The notes: a model not told the origin generated them from the sequence alone. Counted from the stretch's first letter, positions 1-10,253 are shown. The stretch: 64,000 bases of DNA from Candidatus Uhrbacteria bacterium (GCA_023246355.1 JAHFIQ010000002.1:24333-88332), one strand, 5' to 3'. Program-made: numbers and translations.

Positions 1-5
1 TCGAC

Positions 6-728
6 TTGCCGCGTGAAGCGCCAGCCTACGCAAGTGCTCTGCGCACCTTCAGGCAACACAGAAAGAATCTGTTGCACACGAGAGTAGGGATTCTTGCCAG
101 CATAGTCGTTTTGGGCGCGTGGCTTCTGTTGCCCGTGCTGCTTGGCATCATCTGGGCTTCAGCTGCCTATGCAATGTTGAGTGTTCAAGTGGTTCTTCTT
201 GGAGTGTTCCTTGCACTTGGGATTGATCGCGCGATTCCAGAAGCAAGTCATGGTGAGCAGTTCAAGATGGGTGGCTCCACAGCCGTTCTCTTGTTTATCC
301 TCACTGGAGGCGCTGCGGCTGTTTGTGTCATGGTCGGCTTCGGTCGACATCTGCTGGAGTTGAAGAAGTCCGATCACACGACCCGAGATCCACGCCTTGC
401 GTTCATCCATTTTGGCATGGCAATCGATCTCTACAACCAACTTTGGGAATTGTCTCGTGAGCAAGAGACCGTGATCACCACGCTTGTCCACGCTGGTCAG
501 GGGGACCGGTATCACGCGCTGCTCGTCCACCACATCCTGGTGCGAGAGAGTCTCCTGCAACTTCTTGAGAGGATGTTCTATTTGCGGCCCCTAGGTCGTC
601 CAGGTGAATGGGAAGCCTGTTTCCAGGTGATGCAAGAAACCCACGAGGCGATTCAGGCCTTTGACGTCACCTTTAGACGCATGATGTACGAACGTGAGCG
701 ACTCATTGCTTCCACTCGCACGCCCTAA
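6..728 (+). CDS. Hypothetical membrane protein with N-terminal TM helices and a cytoplasmic C-terminal domain; may begin upstream of the window
   Basis: 240-aa ORF with hydrophobic segments (LASIVVLGAWLLLPVLLGIIWASAAYAML, AVLLFILTGGAAAVCVMVGF); no recognisable family. Confidence 0.35.
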   Translation: MPREAPAYASALRTFRQHRKNLLHTRVGILASIVVLGAWLLLPVLLGIIWASAAYAMLSVQVVLLGVFLALGIDRAIPEASHGEQFKMGGSTAVLLFILTGGAAAVCVMVGFGRHLLELKKSDHTTRDPRLAFIHFGMAIDLYNQLWELSREQETVITTLVHAGQGDRYHALLVHHILVRESLLQLLERMFYLRPLGRPGEWEACFQVMQETHEAIQAFDVTFRRMMYERERLIASTRTP

Positions 729-793
729 CTGAGGCGTGTTTTCTTTTCTCAGTTATCTCTCAAAAAGAAAAACGGCGATGAGCCGTTCAGGAT

Positions 794-1309
794 CTAAAAG
801 TCGTGGATGATCGTGCATCCAGGTGCCCAGACATGACCCCTCCAATCGTCATAGACTTCGCCTCGTTCTATTCCAAGTGCGGCGAGATCTTTCCAGAGCC
901 AGGCAGATCCATCGAATGTCGGATCCACGTGTGCAGGATCAAACCAGAGATCGTCTGTTCGCGCCGAGATCATTGGTGGAGCGATGATGAGTAGCGGTTG
1001 GGGGAGCGTCGGCCGTCTTTGGAAAAACGGAATAGCTCCTTCTGCCCCTCCCGTCTGGATCACGAAAGGCTCCTGTGCAAGGAAGGCAGCAAGGGGCATT
1101 CCGCAGATCGTGCCGCGCGGTCCTCCGATGCGACCACTGTGGGGTGAGCCGATCGATTCGCCCGTGATCGTTCCATCGAAGTCGATGTAGCGTGTTACTT
1201 GCGTGAGAATCAGGCGCACTGTCTGTGCGTCCAGACCTGTTGGCCATCGGACACGACCGACAAGTTCTTCATCGGTGAGCACACGGCTCACCGGTTGGGT
1301 GAGAGGCAT
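794..1309 (-). CDS. Hypothetical protein
   Basis: 171-aa ORF filling the gap between flanking genes; no motif I can name. Confidence 0.3.
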   Translation of the reverse strand: MPLTQPVSRVLTDEELVGRVRWPTGLDAQTVRLILTQVTRYIDFDGTITGESIGSPHSGRIGGPRGTICGMPLAAFLAQEPFVIQTGGAEGAIPFFQRRPTLPQPLLIIAPPMISARTDDLWFDPAHVDPTFDGSAWLWKDLAALGIERGEVYDDWRGHVWAPGCTIIHDF

Positions 1310-1375
1310 GAGATCTCCGAGTGTGAACGGAGAATACTAGCTGAAAATTCAGCATCTGTCAACCATGGACCGTCA

Positions 1376-2413
1376 TCATGGTTGTTCCGCTGATCCTTGT
1401 CCGAGCGGACTCAAGTCCATGCCCGTTCCCTCAGGTGAAAGCCGCAGGGCCATGAGATACGAGCCATCCAAGAGTTGTGTGATCGTTGGGCCACAGCCTT
1501 CCAAACCGGTAGAGCCAAGGCTCTTGAAATTCGATCCGTCATCGGTTGACCACGCCGTGATACCGCCCGACGGCGTGCAACCGTAAATGCGCAGCTCATC
1601 GCCGATCGCGAGGGCTCCGGGAACGCCCTGTGCGGAGATGGCCTCTCCCACCGGGAAAGACAGAGGATCGTCGCTGACACTCATGGACACAGCATTGTCG
1701 GCAAGATGCGCGGTGAACAGATACCAGGCATCGTTCCAAAAAATGACATCCGGATCTGTGGCCATGTCAGGTGATTCATAGACAAGCGCCTCTTGCGTAA
1801 AAGTGAGTCCGTCCTCTGAGATGGCTGCATACATGTTGTAGGTTTGCCCTGCGCGTTTTTCTGGTGGGACGCGGTTGGCTTGGAAGTCGAAGTAGTACAG
1901 GCGCAGGCGTCCGTCATCTAACTGGACAAGGGATGGATCAGCGACGATGACGTTTTTGACGGTCCCGTCGATTTCAATCGTCACACGATCTGACCATGTT
2001 TTTCCCTGATCCAGGGAGTACACCATGGAAAACGCAGAGTCACCAAAGTCGCTGTCCTGTGCCCCATCCACAAAAAAGGACAGAAGGGTACCAGCAGGAA
2101 ATGGCCCGATGTTTTTTTGAAGCATCAGGATGTCAGGGACAGAGGCGTAGTTGGCATACGCTTCATCTGCGAGATCCCAGGATGATGCGTCACGGCTTGT
2201 GGCGAGAAAGGCCGAGTGGTCACTGAGAGGATTTTCCACAACATCGAGTTCGTTCTCAGGAGTTCCCATGGGAAGTTCCGTTGCTTTTTCTGTCTCAGCA
2301 GTGTCTGTGGAAGCTGGCTGTTCTGTCATGGTCTGGTCTTGAGTCGTGTCTGTTGCTTGTGTGCAGCCCAGTCCCAACAAGAGCAAAGGAATGAGCAGAT
2401 ACGATCTGTGCAT
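1376..2413 (-). CDS. BNR/Asp-box repeat lipoprotein (sialidase-like beta-propeller fold)
   Basis: Start re-set to MHRSYLLIPLLLLGLGC (lipobox LGC). Asp-box motifs YSLDQGKTWS and STDDGSNF. The ORF track extends it spuriously to 2677. Confidence 0.5.
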   Translation of the reverse strand: MHRSYLLIPLLLLGLGCTQATDTTQDQTMTEQPASTDTAETEKATELPMGTPENELDVVENPLSDHSAFLATSRDASSWDLADEAYANYASVPDILMLQKNIGPFPAGTLLSFFVDGAQDSDFGDSAFSMVYSLDQGKTWSDRVTIEIDGTVKNVIVADPSLVQLDDGRLRLYYFDFQANRVPPEKRAGQTYNMYAAISEDGLTFTQEALVYESPDMATDPDVIFWNDAWYLFTAHLADNAVSMSVSDDPLSFPVGEAISAQGVPGALAIGDELRIYGCTPSGGITAWSTDDGSNFKSLGSTGLEGCGPTITQLLDGSYLMALRLSPEGTGMDLSPLGQGSAEQP

Positions 2414-2498
2414 AAGTATGAGTGTTAAAAGTGATTCGTATTGTTTATGATAGGACAAACAAAGGAGGAGCGCTATTGCTAACTCTTTTTTCTTTTTT

Positions 2499-3509
2499 AT
2501 GACCAAGATCCAAGCGGAGTATATTTGGCTCGATGGCTGCAAGCCCTCACCCAGCCTACGTTCGAAGACAAAAATTTTAGATGCCGACGATGTGTCACGC
2601 GACTCGGTGCCCATGTGGGGATTCGATGGATCCAGCACAGAGCAGGCTGAGGGGAAGTCCAGCGATTGTCTGCTCAAGCCCGTGCGCGTTGTTCACGATC
2701 CCATCCGTGGTGACAACAACATCCTCGTTTTGTGTGAGGTGCTGAATCCAGATGGATCACCACATGCAAGCAACACGCGAGCCAAGCTGCGAGATGTTGC
2801 GGCGCGGACCATCGAGCATGAACCCTGGTTTGGGATCGAGCAGGAGTACACGCTGTTTCAAGGACAGAAACCTCTTGCCTGGCCTAGTGAAGGGACGCCA
2901 GGCCCCCAAGGCCCGTACTACTGTGGCGTGGGAGCTGACAAAATTTTTGGTCGGACGCTGGTGGAGGAGCATTTGTCTGCGAGCCTGGAAGCAGGATTGA
3001 CGATCTCGGGCATCAACTCAGAGGTGATGCCTGGCCAGTGGGAGTTCCAAGTGGGACCTGTGGGCGCTCTTGAGGTCGGGGACGAGTTGTGGCTTTCACG
3101 ATGGATTCTCTGTCGTCTGGGTGAGGATCACGGCATTCGTGTCTCACTTTCTCCCAAGCCGATGTTAGGGGATTGGAACGGCGCGGGAGCCCACACCAAT
3201 TTCAGCACGCGTGAGATGCGTTTGCCTGGCGGGATTAAAGCTGTAGAAGCTGCGTGTGAGAAATTGAAAATGAAACACGCAGAACATATTGCTGTGTACG
3301 GGGCTCTTAACGAAGAACGGCTGACGGGCAAACACGAAACCTGTTCGATCACGGAGTTCCGATTTGGCGTCAGTGACCGCGGCGCCTCGATTCGTATTCC
3401 GATTTTTACCGCACAAAACGGCGCTGGGTATTTGGAAGACCGCCGTCCTGCCGCCAATATGGACCCGTATCTGGTTTGCGCGAAGTTGCTTACGACGGTT
3501 TGTCTGTAA
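2499..3509 (+). CDS. glnII: Glutamine synthetase type II (eukaryote-like GSII)
   Basis: N-terminus MTKIQAEYIWLDG...LRSKTKIL is the GSII signature; length 336 aa. Confidence 0.8.
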   Translation: MTKIQAEYIWLDGCKPSPSLRSKTKILDADDVSRDSVPMWGFDGSSTEQAEGKSSDCLLKPVRVVHDPIRGDNNILVLCEVLNPDGSPHASNTRAKLRDVAARTIEHEPWFGIEQEYTLFQGQKPLAWPSEGTPGPQGPYYCGVGADKIFGRTLVEEHLSASLEAGLTISGINSEVMPGQWEFQVGPVGALEVGDELWLSRWILCRLGEDHGIRVSLSPKPMLGDWNGAGAHTNFSTREMRLPGGIKAVEAACEKLKMKHAEHIAVYGALNEERLTGKHETCSITEFRFGVSDRGASIRIPIFTAQNGAGYLEDRRPAANMDPYLVCAKLLTTVCL

Positions 3510-3520
3510 GGAAGATTTAT

Positions 3521-3550
3521 AAAAACGCTCAGTATACACTGAGCGTTTTT
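3521..3550. terminator. Bidirectional hairpin terminator between glnII and mntH
   Basis: aaaaacgctcagt-atac-actgagcgttttt: 13-bp perfect stem flanked by A and T tracts. Confidence 0.55.
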
Positions 3551-3589
3551 ATAATAAATGAAAACGTCTATAATGATGCAGAAGACCGT

Positions 3590-4816
3590 ATGAGCATCAA
3601 AAAATTTTTGAAACGACTTGGTCCAGGGTTTATCACAGGGGCGGCTGATGATGATCCGTCTGGGATTGCGACCTATTCCCAAACCGGTGTGCAGTTTGGT
3701 TACGGTCAATTGTGGACTGCGCTTTTTTCTTTTCCTTTTATGGTAGCGGTGCAGGAGATGTGTGGGCGGATCGGGCTTGTGACCGGCAGCGGTCTTTCGA
3801 CGATCATGCGCAAACACTATCCACGTCCTGTCTTGTCTGTGTGCGTGTTGCTTTTGGTTCTTGCCAACACAATCAATATCGGAGCAGACCTTGGGGCCAT
3901 GGCGTCCGCAGCTCAGATGTTGTTTCATGTGCCTTTTGTGTTTTGGCTTTTCGCTCTGACCTTGTTCACTCTGGGACTCGAATTGTTTGTGCCCTATCCG
4001 ACGTACGCAAAATTTCTCAAGTACCTGACCCTCTCGTTGTTTGCCTACGTCGGAGTTGCTTTTCTCGTGAAGCAAGATTGGCATCTTGTCCTGACCTCCA
4101 CATTTTTTCCTTCATTCTCCTTCGACAGACCATTTCTGCTCAACATCATGGCCGTTCTTGGAACCACGATTTCTCCGTATTTGTTTTTTTGGCAGACAGA
4201 TGAAGAAGTGGAAGAAGCGATCGCGAAGGGACGGTCGCACAGCAATCGCAACGATGTAAAAGCCATGCGTGTTGATACGATGCTCGGAATGTTTTTTTCT
4301 AACCTTGTGATGTTTTTCATCATCATGACAGCCGCCTCGGTGTTAAGAGCGCAGGGGATAACACACATCGACACCGCCGCGCAGGCAGCCGAGGCTCTGC
4401 GACCTCTGGCTGGTGACTTCACGTTTTTTCTTTTTGCCTTAGGGATTCTGGGGACCGGTTTGCTGGCGGTTCCTATTCTTGCGGGGTCGGCTTCCTATGC
4501 GGTGACTGAGGCTCTCGGTTGGAAGTCTGGGCTTTCTCGCACATTCAAACAAGCACATGGCTTCTATGGCATCATCGCCGTGGCCACTCTGCTCGGTCTG
4601 CTTGTAAATTTTTTTCACGTTCCATCGTTTCAGATGCTCTACTACACGGCCGTGTTCAATGGTCTCTCAGCTCCCCCGCTGCTTCTGTTGATTCTTCTCA
4701 TCTCAAACAATAAGCAGGTGATGGGGGAACAGGTAAACGGACGACTTTCAAATATTCTTGGGGTGATCATTATTGCTGTGATGACGGGTGCCGGACTTGC
4801 AGTTTTGTTTTTTTGA
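3590..4816 (+). CDS. mntH: NRAMP family divalent metal (Mn2+/Fe2+) transporter
   Basis: MSIKKFLKRLGPGFITGAADDDPSGIATYSQTGVQFGYGQLW NRAMP signature; about 11 TM; start re-set to ATG 3590. Confidence 0.8.
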   Translation: MSIKKFLKRLGPGFITGAADDDPSGIATYSQTGVQFGYGQLWTALFSFPFMVAVQEMCGRIGLVTGSGLSTIMRKHYPRPVLSVCVLLLVLANTINIGADLGAMASAAQMLFHVPFVFWLFALTLFTLGLELFVPYPTYAKFLKYLTLSLFAYVGVAFLVKQDWHLVLTSTFFPSFSFDRPFLLNIMAVLGTTISPYLFFWQTDEEVEEAIAKGRSHSNRNDVKAMRVDTMLGMFFSNLVMFFIIMTAASVLRAQGITHIDTAAQAAEALRPLAGDFTFFLFALGILGTGLLAVPILAGSASYAVTEALGWKSGLSRTFKQAHGFYGIIAVATLLGLLVNFFHVPSFQMLYYTAVFNGLSAPPLLLLILLISNNKQVMGEQVNGRLSNILGVIIIAVMTGAGLAVLFF

Positions 4817-4820
4817 AAAT

Positions 4821-5627
4821 TTAGACGGAGAGAACAATTTCTACCGGACAATGATCAGAACCCATCACATCGGCGTGGATGGACGCGCTCACGAGATTTT
4901 TTTGAAGTGTTGAGCTGACAAAAAAATAGTCAATGCGCCAACCCACGTTTCGTTCTCGGGCTCCTTGAAACGCACTCCACCAGGTATACGCGCCGGTTTT
5001 GTCGGGAAAGAAGTGACGGAATGAATCGATAAATCCTGCGTTTACCATGTGATCTGCCCCTTCGCGTTCTTCATCCGTAAACCCAGCGTTCTTGTGATTG
5101 TCTTTGGGACGTGCCAAGTCGATTTCTTTGTGGGCCACGTTGAGGTCACCACAAAACACGACAGGCTTTGTTTTTTCTAGGTGGAGCATGTAGGTGAGGA
5201 AAGCAGGGTCCCAGATTTTGTGTCGCAGGCTTAGGCGAGCCAGATCGCGCTTGGCATTGGGTGTGTAGACCGTGACCAGAAAGAAGGAATCAAACTCCAT
5301 GGTGATCACGCGACCCTCCTCGAGAGGATTTCCAAACGCGTCTTTGAACCTTTCCTTTTTTTCCTCTGGTAGGTCGTAGACAATTCCGAGCGGTTTCACT
5401 TTGGTAAAGATTGCCGTTCCTGCGTAGCCGCTTCGATCAGCCGAGTTCCAGATTTCTTCGTACTCGGGCAAATCGATTTCTGCCTGGCCACGATTGGCTT
5501 TGGTTTCCTGCAAGCAGAGGATGTCTGGTTTGTGTGTGTGGACCAATGGCAAAAAAAGATCCTTGCGAACGACCGCACGCAGTCCGTTTACGTTCCATGA
5601 GATGAGTTTGAGATGAGAGGTTTTCAT
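4821..5627 (-). CDS. xth: Exodeoxyribonuclease III (AP endonuclease, ExoIII/APE1 family)
   Basis: LISWNVNGLRA, LCLQETK, GDLNVAH, SDHCPV motifs. Confidence 0.8.
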   Translation of the reverse strand: MKTSHLKLISWNVNGLRAVVRKDLFLPLVHTHKPDILCLQETKANRGQAEIDLPEYEEIWNSADRSGYAGTAIFTKVKPLGIVYDLPEEKKERFKDAFGNPLEEGRVITMEFDSFFLVTVYTPNAKRDLARLSLRHKIWDPAFLTYMLHLEKTKPVVFCGDLNVAHKEIDLARPKDNHKNAGFTDEEREGADHMVNAGFIDSFRHFFPDKTGAYTWWSAFQGARERNVGWRIDYFFVSSTLQKNLVSASIHADVMGSDHCPVEIVLSV

Positions 5628-5655
5628 GGATCAATGGTAGCGCATGAAGGTTGGA

Positions 5656-5684
5656 TTGACGAGAGCCCGGATCTTGCATATCAT
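5656..5684 (+). promoter_or_regulatory. Sigma70-like promoter for tRNA-Glu
   Basis: TTGACG, 17 nt spacer, TATCAT, about 20 nt upstream of the tRNA 5' end. Confidence 0.5.
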
Positions 5685-5703
5685 AGTGCCGCAACTCCCA
5701 GAA

Positions 5704-5778
5704 GGCCCCATCGTCTAATGGTTAGGACATCAGGTTTTCATCCTGGTAACGGGGGTTCAATTCCCCCTGGGGTCACCA
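5704..5778 (+). tRNA. tRNA-Glu (anticodon TTC), CCA encoded
   Basis: Acceptor stem GGCCCCA/TGGGGTC, D-arm TCTAATGGTTAGGA, anticodon loop TTTTCAT, T-arm GGGGGTTCAATTCCCCC, 3' CCA; followed by hairpin terminator 5781-5806. Confidence 0.8.
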
Positions 5779-5839
5779 CAAAATCCGCTCGAGTGTGAGC
5801 GGATTTTGTGTTAGAATTGTTGGTGAAATAAAACCGTCT

Positions 5840-6091
5840 ATGTCACTCACTGAGAAAAATTCTACAGATCAGATAAAATCACAGTTTGTCGGCTATGTGC
5901 TTGCCGCGTTCAGTTTTGTTGCGGGACTAGCATGGAACGAGGCTGTGAAAGCATTCATTGAGACACTCGTCCCAATTGGTTCAGGTGGAGTTGTCGCGAA
6001 ATTTTTGTATGCGATTATCGTCACACTCGTTTTAGCCTTCGCATCGTGGATGTTGCTCAGAAAGAAGAAATCCACGGGTTCTTTGTCCTAG
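5840..6091 (+). CDS. Small two-TM membrane protein, hypothetical
   Basis: ATG at 5840 (MSLTEKNSTDQ...); hydrophobic segments VGYVLAAFSFVAGLAW and LYAIIVTLVLAFASWMLL. Confidence 0.35.
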   Translation: MSLTEKNSTDQIKSQFVGYVLAAFSFVAGLAWNEAVKAFIETLVPIGSGGVVAKFLYAIIVTLVLAFASWMLLRKKKSTGSLS

Positions 6092-6149
6092 CATGCCTGT
6101 TTTTTCATTTTGATGTAAGTTTGTTGCAGCTCATTGTGCGAGGAGAGCC

Positions 6150-6497
6150 TTGAAACGCAAACCGCGAAAAATTTGGGTAAGCAAAGAAACGTTTTTACTG
6201 GTTGAATCTCGACAGAAGGACTTGCTTGTCCGTTCTGATGGATGGATGATTGCATTCGTGAGTGTGGGAGACGTTGTTGAAATCTGGGGGACGATTGCAA
6301 ACAAAGAGCGACGATGTTTGCGACGGGTTACGGCCTGTCGTCGGTATGAAACCATGCTCTCGATTGTTGAGCATGAAGACCTGACACGTCTTGCCCATGG
6401 CAATGAAGTGCAGACCCTTTCGTACCTCGCTCGCATCTACAGCCCTCAGCAGGAGGAATCACACGCCGTGGTTTTGGAACTGAAACCGATCACCTGA
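6150..6497 (+). CDS. Hypothetical protein
   Basis: 115-aa ORF, no motif recognised; start uncertain. Confidence 0.2.
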   Translation: MKRKPRKIWVSKETFLLVESRQKDLLVRSDGWMIAFVSVGDVVEIWGTIANKERRCLRRVTACRRYETMLSIVEHEDLTRLAHGNEVQTLSYLARIYSPQQEESHAVVLELKPIT

Positions 6498-6673
6498 AAC
6501 GAGGTGATTTTTATTTTTCGAAAAGCGTGAGAAAAGAAAGTTTACCCTTGTTGTTGGGTTATCTTAACTCAAGTGTGAACACTGAAGACCTGACCCCATA
6601 TTCGCGCAAACGAAAATACGACCCGTGAGGTCGTGGAAGAGGTTTCGAGGGGACCGGTCCCCGGAGGGTGGCG

Positions 6674-7219
6674 TCAAGCAGGAATGAGTTGGAGTCGTTG
6701 AGCACGGCGGCGGACGAGGTCTGTTTCGGTTCCGAACCTTTCCGCAACATCCACGAGGATCCCGTGTTGTTCATCGAAGGCAAGGCGAAACTGCGGTCCA
6801 GGGACGAGCAGAACGCCTGCGAAGGTGCAGGCCTCGCGATCCACCGCGTCGTCCATGTGCCAGGGAACCATCATTCCATTCCCTTTGGACACGAGCGGGA
6901 AGTGGAGGAAGTAGAATCCGACTCCGCGGGCCACGAGGAATCGATGTCGGCTAGTGAACTCGTCGGACGACACCGTGAGATCAAAGTCGCCTGCTGACCG
7001 GACGATGAGCGCCGTCGTGGGGGTGGGCGCCGTGTACACGTGTCCGCCTAGGAGGCGAACGAATTCCTCGAGGTTACCATCAGGTGGTAGTTTGGCGTCT
7101 CTAGCTACGCGCTCCGCGAGCTCCTCGATGTTTTCGGGTGCGAAGTTGCACGGTTTGGGGACCGAGAAGAGGGCTGGTGTGGACATGGATACTCCGATCG
7201 CGACTGGATCGTAACACAC
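6674..7219 (-). CDS. Hypothetical protein, high-G+C island gene
   Basis: 181-aa ORF in markedly G+C-rich segment; palindrome GGGGACCGGTCCCC just downstream. Confidence 0.4.
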   Translation of the reverse strand: MCYDPVAIGVSMSTPALFSVPKPCNFAPENIEELAERVARDAKLPPDGNLEEFVRLLGGHVYTAPTPTTALIVRSAGDFDLTVSSDEFTSRHRFLVARGVGFYFLHFPLVSKGNGMMVPWHMDDAVDREACTFAGVLLVPGPQFRLAFDEQHGILVDVAERFGTETDLVRRRAQRLQLIPA

Positions 7220-7406
7220 GAGTCCTGAAAAGCAAACCAGAATGAAGGGAAGGCAGTCTCTGTAAAAGCTAAGCCGTAGCTGGTGTCAAAAATAAATCTC
7301 TTCGTTAAGACGGACAGAGTCACGAATCGTTTGTGGTCTCGCAACTTGTCTCTTTTTTGTTGACTCCATTTCTCTGATCCGATACGGTTTCCATGAAGGA
7401 GCCTCC

Positions 7407-7721
7407 ATGATCACCCTCCTGCTCTTGGCCCTGCTTGCTTGCAGCCCACCTCCACCTCCTCCCAAGGTCGCATCTCCACTTCCTGAGGAAGTGGTAAACA
7501 CCATCACCATCAAGGTGCCGGCCGATTGCCCGCATCTCATCGTGGATGTGACCTCGGACGAGACAACAGATGTGACCGCCGCCTGCTTTGTGAACAACGA
7601 GCGTACCTACTTTGCGCATGAAGAAGCTCCGCTTTTCTGCACCGCGGACGATCCTTCTGTTGAGGAGTTCGTGAAGCTCGAGTACATCCAAGACCTTCCG
7701 TATCTCTCCTCCGTCCATTAG
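7407..7721 (+). CDS. Small lipoprotein, Pro-rich after lipobox (LLACSPPPPPPK)
   Basis: Signal peptide MITLLLLALLAC with lipobox; G+C-rich. Confidence 0.45.
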   Translation: MITLLLLALLACSPPPPPPKVASPLPEEVVNTITIKVPADCPHLIVDVTSDETTDVTAACFVNNERTYFAHEEAPLFCTADDPSVEEFVKLEYIQDLPYLSSVH

Positions 7722-7778
7722 CTGGGCGGAGTTTTCTGTGAAAAAGAAAACCGCCCGAGCAGGACGGTCGTAGGAAAC

Positions 7779-8294
7779 CTATCGTGGGAACACAGGGAGT
7801 GTGATCGTCACATCGAGAGGTTCGTGTTCTTGAAGTGAGCCGTGTTCGTAGAAGTAGCGTTGTTGGTGCAGAGGCATCTGAGGGTTGAGCTCGTAATTGC
7901 GTAGCACCGGGAACAGCCACCGTTCGTCTGCTGGCCACATCTCACTTCTGGGAAGGCGCATGAGGCTGTAGGCCTGTGGATCCGTCATGCCCTCGTCAGG
8001 ATAGGCTCGAGGGATTCCGTGAAACGACCCCATGAACCAGTACATCCGTCGGTTTCTGTCGGGCCCATCGCGATGGATATTTTCCACAACCGCGAGCAGG
8101 ATGGTCTCTTCAAGGATCGGCGACAGACCGCTTTCCTCTTCTGCCTCACGACATGCGGCTCCAAACAGCGACGTGTCGCTTCTCTCGAGCCTTCCTCCCA
8201 CAGGCACACGTCTCTCCACGCCGTCTTGAGAGAGCTTCTTCCACAGGACGTATCGATCTTTGCGTCTTGGGAGAAACAAGCAGGTGATGATCAT
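7779..8294 (-). CDS. NUDIX hydrolase
   Basis: Nudix box GGRLERSDTSLFGAACREAEEESGL (Gx5Ex7REuxEExGu). Confidence 0.65.
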   Translation of the reverse strand: MIITCLFLPRRKDRYVLWKKLSQDGVERRVPVGGRLERSDTSLFGAACREAEEESGLSPILEETILLAVVENIHRDGPDRNRRMYWFMGSFHGIPRAYPDEGMTDPQAYSLMRLPRSEMWPADERWLFPVLRNYELNPQMPLHQQRYFYEHGSLQEHEPLDVTITLPVFPR

Positions 8295-8429
8295 GGTCCT
8301 CCCATACGGAAAAAGAGAGAGATACAGAGGGCGAGCGCAAAGACGGCGGAGCAGGGTTTATCCTGTGTGAAGATGAGAATTCTGTCAATCATTGACCAAT
8401 CTTTTAGAATAACGTACTCTTCTGCCGTT

Positions 8430-10253
8430 ATGATTCGAGACGATTTACGCAATATCGCCATCATCGCCCACGTCGACCACGGCAAAACCACGCTGGTCGA
8501 TGCGCTTTTGAAACAGTCACACACATTTCGAGAGGGCCAATCCATGGGAACCACTATCATGGACTCAAACGAACTCGAACGAGAGCGCGGTATTACGATT
8601 TTTGCAAAGAACGCGGCCATCGAGTGGAAGGGAAAAAAGATCAACATCGTGGACACGCCTGGTCACGCGGATTTTGGCGGTGAGGTAGAACGCATCATGA
8701 ACTTGGTCAATGGCTGTTTGCTCTTGGTGGATGCCAAGGAAGGTCCCATGCCGCAGACAAAGTTTGTACTCAAGAAAGCTCTTGAGGCTGGACATAAGGT
8801 GATTTTGGTCGTGAACAAGATCGACAAAAAAGATGCGCGACCAGCCTGGGTCCTGAACAAGACGTTTGATTTATTTATCGATCTGGGAGCCACCGATGAA
8901 CAAGCGCATTTTCCCGTGCTCTACGCCTCTGCCATTAATGGGATTGCCGGGACTGAGCCTGAGATCGAAAAGATGAAAGACATCTCTCCCATTTTGGATG
9001 CGGTCGTTGAGCATTTGAGTGGACCCTCCGGTGACGTGAATGCCCCCATGCAAATGTCGATCGTGAATATTTTTTACGATAACTACAAAGGCCGTATTGC
9101 CGTTGGCCGTGTGATCAACGGCGTGGTGAAACAGGGCGCACAGGTGAAACATATCAATCGTGATGGAAAAGAATCGATCGCTAAAATTACCGCGCTTCAA
9201 ATCTACGATGGTCTCGGACGAAAAGAAGTTGAATCCGCTTCAGCCGGCGAGATTGTCGCGCTCTCGGGAATGGAGCATGTGCAGATCGGTGAGTGTTTGG
9301 TGGATCCCGTGAACGGCGTCGCGCTCCCCGTGATGTCGGTGGAAGAGCCCACGGTCAAAATGACCTTTGGCGCCAACACGTCTCCCTTTGCCGGAAACGA
9401 AGGAGAGTTTTCGACCGCTCGACATCTGAAGGAGCGTCTTGAGCGAGAGCTCTTGAATGACGTGGCTCTGCGTGTGGAAAAGGGCGATGGTGATTCACAG
9501 TTTGTCGTCTCAGGTCGAGGCGAACTTCACTTGGCGATTTTGATTGAGAAGATGCGACGTGAAGGATATGAATTACAGGTGTCTCGTCCGCAAGTGATTT
9601 TCAAAGAAAAAGATGGTGTGACCATGGAACCGTTTGAGGCGGTGTCCATTGAGTGTCCGGAAGCCTTCTCGGGCATTGTCATTGAAAAAATGGGAAAGCG
9701 CCGTGGAGAGATGAAAGACATGCTCGTTGAAAACGGGACATCGTTTCTCGAGTTTGAGATTCCAACGCGTGGACTGATCGGCTATCGCAATGAGTTTTTG
9801 ACGGACACCAAGGGACAGGGGATCATCAATACGCTTCTGCTGGGCTACCGCGAAAAGGCGGGTGAGATCACGGCAGGGGGGCATGGCGCGATGATTTCCA
9901 TGGAGCAAGGTACGACGATGGGCTATTCGCTCACCAACTTGCAAGAGCGTGGGTCATTGTTTCTGGGTCCGGGCGTGGAAGTCTATGCGGGCATGGTGAT
10001 TGGCGAGAACTCGCGCAATGAAGACATGGAAGTCAATCCTTGCAAAGAAAAGAAATTGTCCAATATGCGTTCCAAGGGAGATGGTGCATCGGTCATCTTG
10101 GAAACGCCACGCGACATGACCCTTGAGATGAATCTCGAATTTCTCTCCGACGATGAACTGTTGGAGGTCACCCCAAAATCGATGCGTATCAGAAAAATGA
10201 TTCTCGACGCCGGAGCGCGCAAACGTGCTGGGTCGCGAAGTGTGAGTGAGTAA
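8430..10253 (+). CDS. typA: Translational GTPase TypA/BipA
   Basis: NIAIIAHVDHGKTTLVD, DTPGHADF, NKIDK G-domain plus EF-G-like domains; start re-set to ATG 8430 (the ORF track N-extension from 8019 overlaps the upstream minus-strand gene). Confidence 0.85.
   Translation: MIRDDLRNIAIIAHVDHGKTTLVDALLKQSHTFREGQSMGTTIMDSNELERERGITIFAKNAAIEWKGKKINIVDTPGHADFGGEVERIMNLVNGCLLLVDAKEGPMPQTKFVLKKALEAGHKVILVVNKIDKKDARPAWVLNKTFDLFIDLGATDEQAHFPVLYASAINGIAGTEPEIEKMKDISPILDAVVEHLSGPSGDVNAPMQMSIVNIFYDNYKGRIAVGRVINGVVKQGAQVKHINRDGKESIAKITALQIYDGLGRKEVESASAGEIVALSGMEHVQIGECLVDPVNGVALPVMSVEEPTVKMTFGANTSPFAGNEGEFSTARHLKERLERELLNDVALRVEKGDGDSQFVVSGRGELHLAILIEKMRREGYELQVSRPQVIFKEKDGVTMEPFEAVSIECPEAFSGIVIEKMGKRRGEMKDMLVENGTSFLEFEIPTRGLIGYRNEFLTDTKGQGIINTLLLGYREKAGEITAGGHGAMISMEQGTTMGYSLTNLQERGSLFLGPGVEVYAGMVIGENSRNEDMEVNPCKEKKLSNMRSKGDGASVILETPRDMTLEMNLEFLSDDELLEVTPKSMRIRKMILDAGARKRAGSRSVSE

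Noticed and set aside
6088-6497. Various small overlapping ORFs (6088-6300 minus, 6131-6436 minus, 6195-6398 minus)
   Set aside because: They are mutually overlapping with no RBS and no motifs. Only the plus-strand 6150-6497 ORF was retained, and with low confidence.
8019-8429. N-terminal 137-codon extension of the typA ORF in the track
   Set aside because: It overlaps the convergent Nudix gene on the other strand. The conserved TypA N-terminus begins at ATG 8430 (MIRDDLRNIAIIAHVDHGKTT).
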